The position numbers and the translations under genes were made by a program. This document shows, one piece after another, positions 17,682 through 26,425 of a stretch of 35,738 nucleotides of DNA. The notes under the pieces are model-generated. The model saw nothing but the letters and a program-made list of their open reading frames with translations, was not told the origin of the DNA and searched no databases. The stretch lies in IMG/VR virus record IMGVR_UViG_3300023059_000016, positions 1 through 35,738 of that record. The stretch is one strand, 5' to 3'. The first letter of the stretch is position 1; every line of letters begins with the position of its first letter. Origin of the DNA: a virus (lineage: Duplodnaviria; Caudoviricetes).

Positions 17682-17929
17682 TCATCCAACTCGTAGACTG
17701 CTGAAAGCTCTTCGACCACTTTCTGCGCATCAAATAGCAGAGATGAATCGGTAGACGATCCACTAACCGTTATTATCCATCCCGCGTTCGGAGCGGCTTT
17801 CGCCCCAATCCGTACGGTACCGCGTTCATGCATGGGATCCAATTTATCCTGGATCATCTTTGCCAGTTCGGTGGACGTTTTCTTTTGCTTTTCCAAAGTG
17901 CTTGCCTCCCCTTTGGGCAACTCTATCAC
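17678..17929 (-). CDS. Hypothetical protein antisense to the operon (moron-like); start may be the internal TTG
   Basis: Fills the gap between plus-strand genes; GGGGAGG SD precedes LEKQKK. Confidence 0.55.
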   Translation of the reverse strand: MIELPKGEASTLEKQKKTSTELAKMIQDKLDPMHERGTVRIGAKAAPNAGWIITVSGSSTDSSLLFDAQKVVEELSAVYELDD

Positions 17930-17980
17930 ACACCCCGCCAGCCACCAACTGGCGGGTTACCACACACGAGGAGAGAATGA

Positions 17981-19372
17981 ATGGACGCCTACGCGCGTTT
18001 CCTGAAAGGGAAAGCTATTGCTGATCCCGTGACAGGAATGACCGATATTCCAGAATTAAGCCAGACGCTAAAGCCTCATCAGCGCGACATCGTGATGTGG
18101 GCTTTGCGTCGTGGCCGTGCAGCAATATTCGCTGGCACTGGGCTAGGAAAGACGCTTATGGAACTGACATGGGCCGAGATTGTCGCGATCTACACCGGCA
18201 AACCTGTGCTTATCTTCGCACCGTTAGCAGTTGCGGCGCAGCATATCCGCGAGGCTGCGAAATTCGGCATATCGGCGCGTATCGTTGCATCGCAGTCGGA
18301 CGTTGGGCCGGGTATCAATGTTACTAACTACCAAAAGATGGACCATTTCTCGTTGGAAGACTTTGGTGGTGTCGTCATTGACGAAAGCTCGATCCTCAAG
18401 TCAACGGACGGCAAATATCGCAATCGCCTGATCGAAGAATGCTCGACCATTCCTTTCCGTTTGGCCGCCACCGCAACACCAGCACCTAATGACTTCATGG
18501 AACTTGGCAACCACGCAGAGTTTCTTGGCGTCATGTCTTACACCGACATGCTGGCGACATTCTTCATTCATGATGGTGGAGAGACGCAGAAATGGCGTCT
18601 TAAGGGCCATGCGGAGACAGAGTTCTGGAAGTGGATGGCTTCATGGTCTGTCATGCTGCGCAAGCCATCCGACCTTGGCTATGACAACGCCGGCTATGAT
18701 TTGCCACCGCTGACGTATGACCAGCATACGGTACAGGTCGAATATGCGCCAAGCGTAGAGACAGGGCTGCTTTTCCCCGTGGAAGCCCGCACAATGCAGG
18801 AGCGTATTTCTGCGAGGAAAGATAGCGTAGAGGAACGCGTCGCGCTTGCTGCCCGTCTGACGCCGAATGACATGCCGTTTGTATGGTGGTGCAACCTGAA
18901 TAGCGAAGCTGATGCACTCGCTAAGGCTATAACAGATGCGGTCAACCTTTCTGGATCGGACAAGGACGATGAAAAGGAACGCAAAATTGCAGACTTCCTA
19001 TCAGGCAAGGCGCGAGTTCTCGTTTCCAAGCCTTCTATCTGCGGATTTGGGCTAAACTTCCAGCATTGCGCCGACACTGGCTTTGTTGGGCTAAATGATA
19101 GCTTTGAGCAGATATTCCAATCCGTTCGTAGATTCTGGCGCTTCGGACAGACTAGGCCGGTAAATGTCCACTTCATAGCGGCAGAGACGGAAGGGGCGAT
19201 TGTTGCCAATCTCCGTCGCAAGGAAGCCGACGCCGAGCGTATGGCTGCTGCGATGGTCATGCATACCGCAGATATGTCGAGCGAGGCCATTCGGGGCGCT
19301 GTGCGAGACAAGCCGAACTACGACCCGCAACACCTAATGCAGATACCGGTATGGCTAACCACCGCCCATTGA
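17981..19372 (+). CDS. SNF2-like SF2 helicase paired with the DNA methyltransferase
   Basis: LKPHQ, GTGLGKT, IDESS, ATATP, GFGLNFQ, RRFWRFGQ. Confidence 0.88.
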   Translation: MDAYARFLKGKAIADPVTGMTDIPELSQTLKPHQRDIVMWALRRGRAAIFAGTGLGKTLMELTWAEIVAIYTGKPVLIFAPLAVAAQHIREAAKFGISARIVASQSDVGPGINVTNYQKMDHFSLEDFGGVVIDESSILKSTDGKYRNRLIEECSTIPFRLAATATPAPNDFMELGNHAEFLGVMSYTDMLATFFIHDGGETQKWRLKGHAETEFWKWMASWSVMLRKPSDLGYDNAGYDLPPLTYDQHTVQVEYAPSVETGLLFPVEARTMQERISARKDSVEERVALAARLTPNDMPFVWWCNLNSEADALAKAITDAVNLSGSDKDDEKERKIADFLSGKARVLVSKPSICGFGLNFQHCADTGFVGLNDSFEQIFQSVRRFWRFGQTRPVNVHFIAAETEGAIVANLRRKEADAERMAAAMVMHTADMSSEAIRGAVRDKPNYDPQHLMQIPVWLTTAH

Positions 19373-19391
19373 CCAACGCGAGGAGAATTTC

Positions 19392-20429
19392 ATGAGCCAT
19401 AGACTTACGGATCAGTCAATCGAAACAAAGACCGCATCAGTTAATGCCGTCAACCAAGTTGTCACTGACAATTACGCCATCTACGAAGGTGATGCGTGTG
19501 AGCTAATTCGTGGCGTTCCTACAGGAACCGTCCATTTCGGCATCCATAGCCCTCCTTTCGAGGGGCTTTATCGGTTCAGCAATTCTGATCGCGATATCAG
19601 CAACAACGACGGCAATGGCTTTTGGGCGCATTACACATTCCTCATTCAGGAACTTTTGCGCGTAACTATGCCGGGACGCATCCACGCCGTGCATTGCATG
19701 CAATTGCCAACTAGTAAGATCAGACATGGCCATATAGGAATGCGCGATTTCCGAGGGGAGATCGTTCGGGCTTACGAGGATGCCGGGTGGATTTTCCATA
19801 GCGAGGTCTGCATCTGGAAAGACCCAGTCGTTGCACAGCAGCGCACAAAATCTATCCGACTGCTTCATAAGCAGATCACGAAAGACAGTACGATTAGTGG
19901 GCAAGGGCTTGCTGATTACATGCTGATGTTCCGCAAGCCGGGAGACAATCCTGATCCAGTAGATGGCATGTTTGATCGCTATGTCGGTTATGGCAACGAA
20001 CCTACGGCATTAGATGATCGGCTGGCGTCTGGCGAAGATCGGGATCGAGCAGAGAAATGGTTCTCAATCGAAGTCTGGCAGCGTTACGCATCGCCGGTCT
20101 GGATGGACATAAACCAGACACGTACTCTGCAATATCGATCAGCCCGAGACGAGAAAGACGAACAGCATATCTCCCCGCTCCAGTTGGACGTGATAGAACG
20201 TTGTATCGAACTGTGGAGCAATCCTGGTGATGTGGTTCTGACGCCATTCCTTGGCATTGGCAGCGAGGTTTACGGCGCAGTAGCGGCTGGGCGCAAGGGC
20301 GTTGGTTTCGAGTTGAAGTCGTCATATTTCAGCCAAGCCACACGCAACATTGCGGCTTTGGATAATAAGCAAGTCAGCATCTTCGACGTGGCAAATGACA
20401 ACCGTGAGGTCATAGAAGATGCAGCCTGA
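19392..20429 (+). CDS. Beta-class N4-C/N6-A DNA methyltransferase ending in an ssrA-like tag
   Basis: Motif IV SPPF precedes motif I PFLGIGS; C-terminus ANDNREVIEDAA. Confidence 0.9.
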   Translation: MSHRLTDQSIETKTASVNAVNQVVTDNYAIYEGDACELIRGVPTGTVHFGIHSPPFEGLYRFSNSDRDISNNDGNGFWAHYTFLIQELLRVTMPGRIHAVHCMQLPTSKIRHGHIGMRDFRGEIVRAYEDAGWIFHSEVCIWKDPVVAQQRTKSIRLLHKQITKDSTISGQGLADYMLMFRKPGDNPDPVDGMFDRYVGYGNEPTALDDRLASGEDRDRAEKWFSIEVWQRYASPVWMDINQTRTLQYRSARDEKDEQHISPLQLDVIERCIELWSNPGDVVLTPFLGIGSEVYGAVAAGRKGVGFELKSSYFSQATRNIAALDNKQVSIFDVANDNREVIEDAA

Positions 20430-20736
20430 CGACATCTGCCACATCTGCTTACGTCGCGCCGTGGGACTCGGCGTGCAGGAACACAAAGAACCGATCCGCT
20501 GGCTATGCAAGGAGTGCGCAGATATTGCCGAGCATATCCGTAGCCGCCGCAGGCTAGATCCTTACGAGCTGCGTGCCCTTGATACGGGCGTTGAAGCTGT
20601 TGGGGTTTTCCTGGGCACTATAGGCAAAACCGACCTTGCTGAATGCGACGAGCTCGAAGCGCGTCTTTTGATTAAGGCAGCGTGGGAAGGCTGCGGGCGA
20701 GGAATGCGGGAAGCACTCAAAAAAGCTCCATTTTAG
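20419..20736 (+). CDS. Zinc-finger phage protein (DUF6511-like)
   Basis: CHIC...CKEC, IGKTDLA, C-terminal APF; precedes the primase. Confidence 0.7.
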   Translation: MQPDDICHICLRRAVGLGVQEHKEPIRWLCKECADIAEHIRSRRRLDPYELRALDTGVEAVGVFLGTIGKTDLAECDELEARLLIKAAWEGCGRGMREALKKAPF

Positions 20737-20772
20737 GAAGGGCGCCGTTTTGATGAAGCACGCCAACGACAA

Positions 20773-20961
20773 TCACTGCAAAGTAGCTGCTTTACGCTCT
20801 GCCTGAAGATGATTCAGCAAGTCGGCAAGATCGTCGGCTTGCGACCACTCAAGGCCAACCTGCTTTACGCCGTTCACTTCTGCTGACTGGCCGGTCTTAA
20901 CGTCAATTACAGCCCACACGCCGTCGAACATTTCCAGAATGTCGTATCGCGCTTTTGCCAT
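20773..20961 (-). CDS. 62-aa hypothetical protein, paralog of 1811-2065
   Basis: AAGGAGG SD before MAKARY...; antisense to the replication operon. Confidence 0.7.
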   Translation of the reverse strand: MAKARYDILEMFDGVWAVIDVKTGQSAEVNGVKQVGLEWSQADDLADLLNHLQAERKAATLQ

Positions 20962-20984
20962 CGCTTCCTCCTTTAGGAGTTCAC

Positions 20985-23162
20985 ATGCAGAATACCACCA
21001 CTCAGCCATTTGCAGAAGACCCAATGCTCGACGTCGCGCTGTCATATCAGGCGCAAAGCTGGCCGGTTTTTCCGTGCCGACACCGCGATGATGAATATGT
21101 CGATCAAGACGGTTGCATTGAGATCCTCGCCACCAAGACTCCGCTCACGAGCAACGGGTTCCGCGGCGCCACACTCAATGAGCGCATTGTTCGCGAATAC
21201 TGGCGCCGCAATCCATCCGCCATGATTGGCGTGCCGACTGGTGCACCTATTGGTGCATGGGTGCTGGACATCGATCCGAAACACGGCGGCGCCGAAACCC
21301 TCGCAGCACTCGAGGCAATACACGGCACTTTACCTGCAACGCTGACAGCCGAAACCACGAGCGGTGGGCGTCACTATTTCTTTCGTCATCGTCAGGGCGT
21401 TCGCAACCGCGGCGCACTTGGCTCTGGGGTGGATGTTCGTGGTGACGGCGGTTATGTCATTGCTGCCGGCAGCGTGCCTGAGGTTGGCCTACCTTATCGC
21501 TGGATATCAGAGCAAGAGCCGGTCGACGCTCCGGACTGGCTGCTGGATCTGGTGCTGCCTCGCTCATATGAGAGCACTTACACCGCAGCACCGTCTGTTA
21601 GTGGCAAGATCAATGACCGTTATGTCGAGCGTGCAGTTCAATCCGAGCTGGACGATCTTGCTCTCGAACCGATGGGCAACCGTAACAATCGACTGAACGA
21701 CGCCGCGTTCCGTTTGGGCACTTTTGTTGGTGCTGGCGCTCTGGCGGAATCCGAAGCGCGCGCTCTGCTGCAGGATGTAGCCAGCGGCTGGGGCCGCGAC
21801 TGGCCGCGCTGCGTCAAGACGATCGATAACGGCCTTGCTGCTGGTGCCCGCAGCCCGCGCAATGTGCCACAGAACGATAACGATAACACACGTCTGGGCG
21901 ATATCAGTCGCATGATCGCCAATGGCTTGGCGAAAGCGGAGGCGCGCACTGACGTTGTTGCTGAGCCAGTCGCTGACTTCGATGATAATATTAGCAAATC
22001 CCAACAAACTACTGAACATAAACGCGCAATCATTGCCACGCCTTTCGTCTGGAAAGACCCGTCGACGCTGCCACGGCGAGAGTTTGCGTTCGGGAAGCAC
22101 TTCATTCGCAAGTATGTTTCGGTGACGGTTGCGCCGGGTGGTCTCGGCAAAACCGCTAATAGCATCGTTGAAGCACTGGCCATGGCATCGGGTAAAGCGC
22201 TCAATGGCACGAAGCCTCAGAAGCGGTTGAAGGTGTGGCTTTTCAACGCCGAAGATCCGCGCGACGAACTTGAACGCCGCATCATGGCGGCATGCATTCA
22301 TTTCAATCTAAAGCCAGCTGATATTGATGGGCATCTGTTTCTAGACACGGGCCGGGAGCAGGAACTGGTCATTGCGATAGACGACAAGAAAGGCGTGCGG
22401 ATTCAGGAGCCGGTTGTTGAAGCTGTCGTCGAAACGATTTCGGAGCTTGGCATTGACGTGATGATTGTTGACCCGTTCGTTTCAACGCACCAGGTCAATG
22501 AAAACGACAATGGCGCAATCGATAAGGTAGCCAAGCTATGGGCGCAGGTCGCAGACTGCACCAACTGCTCAATTGATATCGTGCATCATCTGCGCAAGGT
22601 GAGCGATCGTGAAGCGACAGTCGAAGATGCTCGTGGTGCTGTGTCACTTATCGGTGCAGCGCGTTCCGTGCGCGTGCTCAACCGCATGTCGGAAGCGCAG
22701 GCCAGTGAGGCTGGCCTTACACATGAAGCGCGGTTTTCATATTTCTCTGTGACATACGGGAAAGCTAACCTCGCGCCCCTTTCGCACAGAGCTGACTGGC
22801 GGAAGTTGGAAAGTATAGCGCTGGGTAACGGGCAGGGCCTAACCAAGCCTCAAGACCATGCTCCAGTCGTTATATCATGGGCATGGCCAACCAGTGAGGA
22901 AGTCGCTGAGACGCTGACCGAGGATGAACGCGACGCAATCCGTGGTGTTGTCAACGGCGGCATGTACAAACCGGCACCACAGGCTAAGGATTGGGTGGGG
23001 CGTGCCATCGCATATGCGCTGCAGCTCGATATTGATGAAGAGACGGATAAGAAGCGCGTCAGCATGATCACCAAGGCGCTGTTCGCCGATGGCTTCTTAA
23101 TGAAGGTAGAGGAACGGGACCCTGTTCAGCGCAGGGCGACGACGTTCGTGAGGGCGGCGTAA
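20985..23162 (+). CDS. Bifunctional primase-polymerase fused to an AAA_25/RepA-type helicase
   Basis: WPVFPC, VLDID, TTSGGRHYFF, DVRGDGGYV; Walker A APGGLGKT, IVDP, VHHLRK; AGGAG SD. Confidence 0.92.
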   Translation: MQNTTTQPFAEDPMLDVALSYQAQSWPVFPCRHRDDEYVDQDGCIEILATKTPLTSNGFRGATLNERIVREYWRRNPSAMIGVPTGAPIGAWVLDIDPKHGGAETLAALEAIHGTLPATLTAETTSGGRHYFFRHRQGVRNRGALGSGVDVRGDGGYVIAAGSVPEVGLPYRWISEQEPVDAPDWLLDLVLPRSYESTYTAAPSVSGKINDRYVERAVQSELDDLALEPMGNRNNRLNDAAFRLGTFVGAGALAESEARALLQDVASGWGRDWPRCVKTIDNGLAAGARSPRNVPQNDNDNTRLGDISRMIANGLAKAEARTDVVAEPVADFDDNISKSQQTTEHKRAIIATPFVWKDPSTLPRREFAFGKHFIRKYVSVTVAPGGLGKTANSIVEALAMASGKALNGTKPQKRLKVWLFNAEDPRDELERRIMAACIHFNLKPADIDGHLFLDTGREQELVIAIDDKKGVRIQEPVVEAVVETISELGIDVMIVDPFVSTHQVNENDNGAIDKVAKLWAQVADCTNCSIDIVHHLRKVSDREATVEDARGAVSLIGAARSVRVLNRMSEAQASEAGLTHEARFSYFSVTYGKANLAPLSHRADWRKLESIALGNGQGLTKPQDHAPVVISWAWPTSEEVAETLTEDERDAIRGVVNGGMYKPAPQAKDWVGRAIAYALQLDIDEETDKKRVSMITKALFADGFLMKVEERDPVQRRATTFVRAA

Positions 23163-23233
23163 AGACGCATAAAATTGGGTAGCAAAAACAAACCCGGAAG
23201 CTACAGTCGTAACAAAATTAAAAGGAGACTGTT

Positions 23234-24550
23234 ATGGCGGATGGTAACTTTTCTAGTACTAAGCGCAGTATTGTGGTCGATGGTTTCACCAATAGCGTTT
23301 TAGACCCCAAAGAGCCGATGCTCGGACCCTTGCAAAGCGGCGGCACAATCATAGCTAATACTGCTCCAGGCTGTTGGGGTCCAATGATTACTCCTCGATT
23401 GCGTGGTGGTCATGAGGTCACTAAGCCTGTTTTCATTGAGGGCGCTGAGGTCGGAGATGGCGTGGTTATCCGTATTCGCGACATCTCCGTCACGTCGTTG
23501 GCGACGGCTTCAGGTCACGACACAGTTTCCAACCAGTTTTGTTTGGGCGATCCCTTTGTAGCAGCACGATGTCCAACCTGTGACGAAGTCTGGCCTGAAA
23601 CACACATTGAAGGAGTGGGGCAAGACTCTGTCCGCTGTAATAAGTGTGGAGAGGCGATAAAGCCGTTCACCATGGAGCACGGTTACACAGTTGTTTTCGA
23701 TGATACGCAGTCAGTCGGTGTAACGCTGCCGCAAGATGCAGCGCGAAAGATCGCCGAAAATGCTGATCACTATGCATCTCTGCCGGATAACTCGGTGCAG
23801 CACTCAATCTTGAATTATGCTCCATCGGACCTTGTTGGCGCCATCGTTCGAATGCGCCCATTCTTGGGTCAGTTAGGCACGACCCCGTCTATCGCAATGC
23901 CGGATTCGCATAATGCAGGTGATTTCGGTTCCTTCCTTGTCGGAGCACCTCACCGTTACGCGCTCACACCAGAGCAGCTTCTGGAGAATAAGACCGATGG
24001 CCATATGGATATTGACGCAGTTCGCGCGGGTGCCGTGCTGGTTTGCCCCGTAAAAGTTAAGGGCGCAGGCGTGTATATGGGCGACATGCATGCGTCGCAG
24101 GGCGATGGAGAAATCGCAGGTCACACCATGGACGTTGCAGGAAGTGTGACCCTTCAGGTTGAAGTCTTGAAAAGTTACAACAATGATGGACCTGTATTAT
24201 TCCCCTTGCTGGAAGACCTACCTCCTCTGGCCCGTCCATTCACCCAAGAAGAAAAGCAGAAAGCGTTGAAGTTGGCGCAAAAGTGGGGAGTGGAAAGAAC
24301 CGAAGAAGTAGCGCCTATATCTGTCATTGGGACGGCACAAAACATGAATGCAGCTATCGTCAACGGCCTCGAGCGAGCATCCAAGCTTCTCGGCATGACT
24401 GTTGCAGAAGTCCGTAATCGGGCCACGATAAACGGAGCCATTGAGATTGGGCGCGACCCAGGTGTAATTCAGGTTACTTTTCTGGCGCCACTGAAAAATC
24501 TGGACGCAGCTGGTCTTGGAGAAATTGCTCGCAAGCAATACGGCCTCTGA
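23234..24550 (+). CDS. Acetamidase/formamidase family protein (cargo)
   Basis: GHEVTKPVFIEGAEVGD, DGHMD, GDMHASQGDGEI; own AAGGAG SD and terminator. Confidence 0.88.
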   Translation: MADGNFSSTKRSIVVDGFTNSVLDPKEPMLGPLQSGGTIIANTAPGCWGPMITPRLRGGHEVTKPVFIEGAEVGDGVVIRIRDISVTSLATASGHDTVSNQFCLGDPFVAARCPTCDEVWPETHIEGVGQDSVRCNKCGEAIKPFTMEHGYTVVFDDTQSVGVTLPQDAARKIAENADHYASLPDNSVQHSILNYAPSDLVGAIVRMRPFLGQLGTTPSIAMPDSHNAGDFGSFLVGAPHRYALTPEQLLENKTDGHMDIDAVRAGAVLVCPVKVKGAGVYMGDMHASQGDGEIAGHTMDVAGSVTLQVEVLKSYNNDGPVLFPLLEDLPPLARPFTQEEKQKALKLAQKWGVERTEEVAPISVIGTAQNMNAAIVNGLERASKLLGMTVAEVRNRATINGAIEIGRDPGVIQVTFLAPLKNLDAAGLGEIARKQYGL

Positions 24551-24569
24551 TAATCCCACCCTAATTAGA

Positions 24570-24591
24570 AAGGCGGCCTTTCAGCCGCCTT
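24570..24591. terminator. Stem-loop after the amidase gene
   Basis: AAGGCGGC-CTTTCA-GCCGCCTT. Confidence 0.6.
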
Positions 24592-24746
24592 CATGTTAGG
24601 GCTTAGTTAAGCATCAGAATGTCGATCGCAGTCTTTTGGTCGTATTGAATTAGGTGTGACGAAATTACTACAGACTTTTTTCATTTAGGACCTATCTTTA
24701 ATCCAAGAACGAGATTTCAATGAACTCACGAGCTTGGAGAGATGTT

Positions 24747-25448
24747 ATGAACTTTAAATCAATTTTGCTTGCATCAACTGTCGCAATTGTCGGAACTACT
24801 GGCGCGCATGCTGCAGACGCGATTGTTTATGAAGAACCAGTTGCGGTTGTTGCTCCAGCTCCAGTATTTTCTTGGACAGGTGGCTATCTTGGTGGCCAGG
24901 TTGGTTACGGCTGGGGTAAGTCACGTTTCAGCGATGACTTCACAGCGAACCTTAAGCCGGATGGCTTCCTTGGCGGACTTTACGCTGGTTACAATTTCGA
25001 CATGGGCAATAACTTCGTCTTGGGCGTCGATGGTGATGTGACTTATAACAATCTGAAGGATAGCTACTCGGTTCTGGCTCCCGATGGTCTCACAGATAGC
25101 ATCGAAAGCAAGCTGCGCTGGTCGGGTGCTGTGCGTGCTCGTGCAGGTTTGGCAATGGATCGTTTCATGCCTTACATTGCTGGTGGTGTTGCATTCGGTA
25201 GCGTGAAAAATACGCTTTCAGTTTCTGACGGTATCAATGAGGTGAGCGCCTCACAGAGCAAAACCCACACGGGTTGGACAGCTGGTGCGGGTGTTGATTA
25301 CGCTGCAACTGACAATGTGATTGTCCGTCTTGAATATCGCTACACCGATTACGGTCACAAGGACTATGACTTTGACTTGGGTGCGGGTTCTGTCCGCGAG
25401 AAGTTTAAGACAAATGAAGTGCGTCTCGGCGTAGCTTACAAGTTCTAA
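24747..25448 (+). CDS. Omp25/Omp31 (RopB) family outer-membrane beta-barrel protein (cargo)
   Basis: Signal peptide AHA|AD, FSWTGGYLGGQVGYGWG, VRARAG, GWTAGAGVDYA, RLEYRYTD, C-terminal YKF. Confidence 0.92.
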   Translation: MNFKSILLASTVAIVGTTGAHAADAIVYEEPVAVVAPAPVFSWTGGYLGGQVGYGWGKSRFSDDFTANLKPDGFLGGLYAGYNFDMGNNFVLGVDGDVTYNNLKDSYSVLAPDGLTDSIESKLRWSGAVRARAGLAMDRFMPYIAGGVAFGSVKNTLSVSDGINEVSASQSKTHTGWTAGAGVDYAATDNVIVRLEYRYTDYGHKDYDFDLGAGSVREKFKTNEVRLGVAYKF

Positions 25449-25470
25449 AGTTTACCTCCCGTCAAACTCG

Positions 25471-25500
25471 ACCGCTCGGAGCAATCTGGGCGGTTTTTTT
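25471..25500 (+). terminator. Rho-independent terminator after the omp gene
   Basis: ACCGCTCGGA-GCAA-TCTGGGCGGT followed by a T run. Confidence 0.85.
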
Positions 25501-25558
25501 ATTGCCAAGAAAAACTAACACAACCGACCGTCACAATCAAAATACAACCACAGGCAAC

Positions 25559-25700
25559 GCGTAAGTCATACTGCGTAAGTCTCAAAAACCAACAAAAGAC
25601 TTGCGCAAAAGCACGCTGCTTTTAGTGCGTAAGAGTTCTTATATAGAAACTTACGCACAAAGCGCGCAGCGCGTAGTTCTATGCGTTTGAGAACTACGCA
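25559..25700. repeat. Cluster of direct and inverted GCGTAAG repeats; probable phage replication origin
   Basis: GCGTAAG at 25559, 25573 and 25627; inverted copies at 25599-25607 and 25649-25657; AT core TTCTTATATAGAA; GCGTAGTTCT/AGAACTACGC pair. Confidence 0.65.
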
Positions 25701-25868
25701 CTTTTTAGAAAATTTCCCGATTGAAAAATACAACCTGATTTTAGGTTGGTTGAAATAGTTGGACGCGCGGTGTCGGTCATTAACACCACATTTATAGTGC
25801 CGCCCCACACTCATCCTGCCGCTACCAACGGCATGGACTCACCACCGCAACAAACACGAGGAGCACAC

Positions 25869-26397
25869 ATGGCTCGCAACAGCTCACGCGCCTGCATCGA
25901 AAACCGTAACCACAACGCAAACCGTCCGCATCAATGGTGTGCGTACCAAGATCACGACACACAACGGCAAGGTGACGTTAAAAGCAGCCCTGCCTTTGGA
26001 ATGGGAACTGCAAGCTGCACAAGTTCGCAGCCTGCGTAAACTGCCAGAATACGTTCACACAGCGCGAGACGTTCGACCGGGAACATTCACACTGGCCGGA
26101 GATCAGAACGCAGCCAAACGTGGACCCAAAGCAAGAGCAGAGGCATTAGCGGCAGGACTGACGCCGGGAGAAGCAGACGTCCGAATCTATCTCTATGGTG
26201 GTGTGCTGCGGCAGATTGAAAACAAGGTCGGTAAGGCCAAGCTCGAACCAAGCCAGATAACTCGTCATCCGCTACTTGATGCACTTGGCTTTCCAGTCGT
26301 GGTTGTCAGGGCCGTTACCGAGGATGATGCAGCGGAGCAGGCAGTAAGGCTGGTCAAAGACTGGCTGAGTGAAAGTGCGACAAACCAAGCCGCATAA
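25869..26397 (+). pseudogene. VRR-NUC-like nuclease with an apparent 5' frameshift
   Basis: EWELQ...GLTPGEAD...IENK...Q motif; the ATG behind the ACACGAGGAG leader (25869) is out of frame with the main ORF (25939-26397). Confidence 0.65.
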
Positions 26398-26425
26398 ATA
26401 CCGAACCAAACACGAGGTGAATTTT

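Noticed and set aside
21564-22301. Long antisense ORFs inside primase, terminase (30480-31187), helicase (18694-19311) and capsid (34592-35125) genes
   Set aside because: Shadow frames of well-supported genes with no recognisable motifs
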